Source: Dendrobates tinctorius (taxonomy: Eukaryota). Taken from it: DNA of 64,000 nt. A program made the translations under genes and the position numbers. The DNA is taken from assembly GCF_039654945.1 (NCBI RefSeq), contig NW_027361704.1, positions 13,516,001 through 13,580,000 on the forward strand. Reading direction: 5' to 3'. The notes below the pieces were generated by a model. The model worked only from the letters and a program-made list of their open reading frames with translations. It made no database searches and was not told the DNA's origin. This document shows positions 62,917-64,000 of this stretch, piece by piece (the first letter of the stretch is position 1; each line of letters begins with the position of its first letter).

Positions 62917-63717
62917 AAAAAATTACATACCTCAGGGTCACCAACAAACACTCCTCAGCAGGAGTTGCTCAACATAGTTGTATGTCCTGCCTGTTGATGG
63001 ATCCTTGGACACGTAGCAGCAAGTCATTGAAGCTATATTCTGACATCCTTGTGTAGTCAAAAAACTTTTGTGGGTTTTCATGCAGCTCGGTGAACAACGA
63101 GTGGTAGGCTCCACGGCTCTATCGTAATTCAACGATGGGGTGTTGCCAATAGCGACGATGTCTTCTCCGTCTTTCTCTTCTTTCTTCACAAGCCACAGCA
63201 AATTCAAAAACCGATTTCAATGACAAATCAAGATTAAAGTTGAAGCTCTCCGTGCTAAAATCTATCTTGCAGCTGGGTACAGCACCAAAAGATGAGGATT
63301 GCATCTGTGCAGAGTGTATATTTTGAAAATCCCATGAGACACGCCCATTGTGTGTGGCTTGCAAGGAAATTCTACTGGAAACGCATTGTCCGTTCTCCTG
63401 GAAATATCGAACGCATGTGCATATACAACGCAAATGCATGCCAAAACGCATAAAAACGCATGCACACGCAGCGTTTTTTTGTATCATGTGTGAGCTGATG
63501 TGGATAAAAAATACTGTGTAAGCATACGTTTAAATGCGTTTTGGCATACGTTTGCGCACAGAAACGCTAATGTATACTAAGCCTAATACAGACGCAAAAA
63601 AGCAAACAAAAGCAAAATTTAAAGGGATGAAAGATATAAGCAAAAAATGGTGGAAAGTGTTAAGGCTGAGAAGAGGGAAGGAAAAATATGGTTTAGGCCG
63701 GTTTCAAACGTCCTGAT

Positions 63718-64000
63718 TAGTGATGAGCGGGTATACTTGTTGCTCGTGTTTTCCCGAGCATGCTTGGGTGTCCTCCGAGTATTTTGGCGTGCTCAGAGAT
63801 TTAGTTTTTGTCATCTCATCTACATGATTTACTACTTGTAGAGAGGCTGAATACATGTGGGAATTCCCTAACAAACAGGTATTCCACACATGTATTCAAG
63901 CTGTCTAGCAATCGCAAATTATGCAGATGAGACAACGAAAACTAAATCTCCGAGCACGCCAAAATACTCGGGGGACACCCGAGCATGCTCGGGAAAATCC
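63718..64000. mobile_element. hAT-like MITE (palindromic), cut by the window end
   Basis: TIR-like tagtgatgagcg. The arms ttttcccgagcatgcttgggtgtcc / ggacacccgagcatgctcgggaaaa are reverse complements. Confidence 0.75.

Larger units (their letters stand above)
53973..63583 (-). mobile_element. Harbinger (HARBI1-like DDE transposase) element split by Penelope and L1 insertions
   Basis: Colinear pieces: 63390-62931 (YWQHP...LLVTL), 57180-56816 (FRIG...NCLGAVDGKH...GQANDS) and 54483-53973 (VVGDE...VECAFGLL...VVLHNY). The terminus actaagcc + TAA is at 63583. Confidence 0.88.

Overview
Eukaryotic, TE-dense vertebrate DNA; the repeat repertoire suggests an anuran amphibian (inference). The only host gene I can support is the 5' end of a DOCK2-like gene on the minus strand, seen as three small SH3-domain exons (48328-48370, 42926-43009, 19118-19158) that the ORF track does not resolve. 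Its introns and upstream region hold nested mobile elements. These include two complete hAT (BED-finger) transposons with exact 8-bp TSDs (2587-11899 and 23135-30605), further hAT remnants, Tc1 and DD41D mariner copies, a Harbinger transposase split by Penelope, CR1 and L1 insertions, Tx1, gypsy/LTR pieces, MITEs and a V-SINE. The most unusual signal is the non-coding 3' half of the hAT DNA transposons. hAT-1 carries two ~390-nt hairpins with compensatory changes, an array of ~67-bp hairpin units and a candidate HDV-like self-cleaving ribozyme (11193-11264). hAT-2 carries a degenerate 18S rRNA fragment, a long hairpin and a duplicated transposase piece. Several Penelope-type minimal hammerhead ribozymes are also visible. 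All calls were made by eye; coordinates of decayed repeats are approximate.
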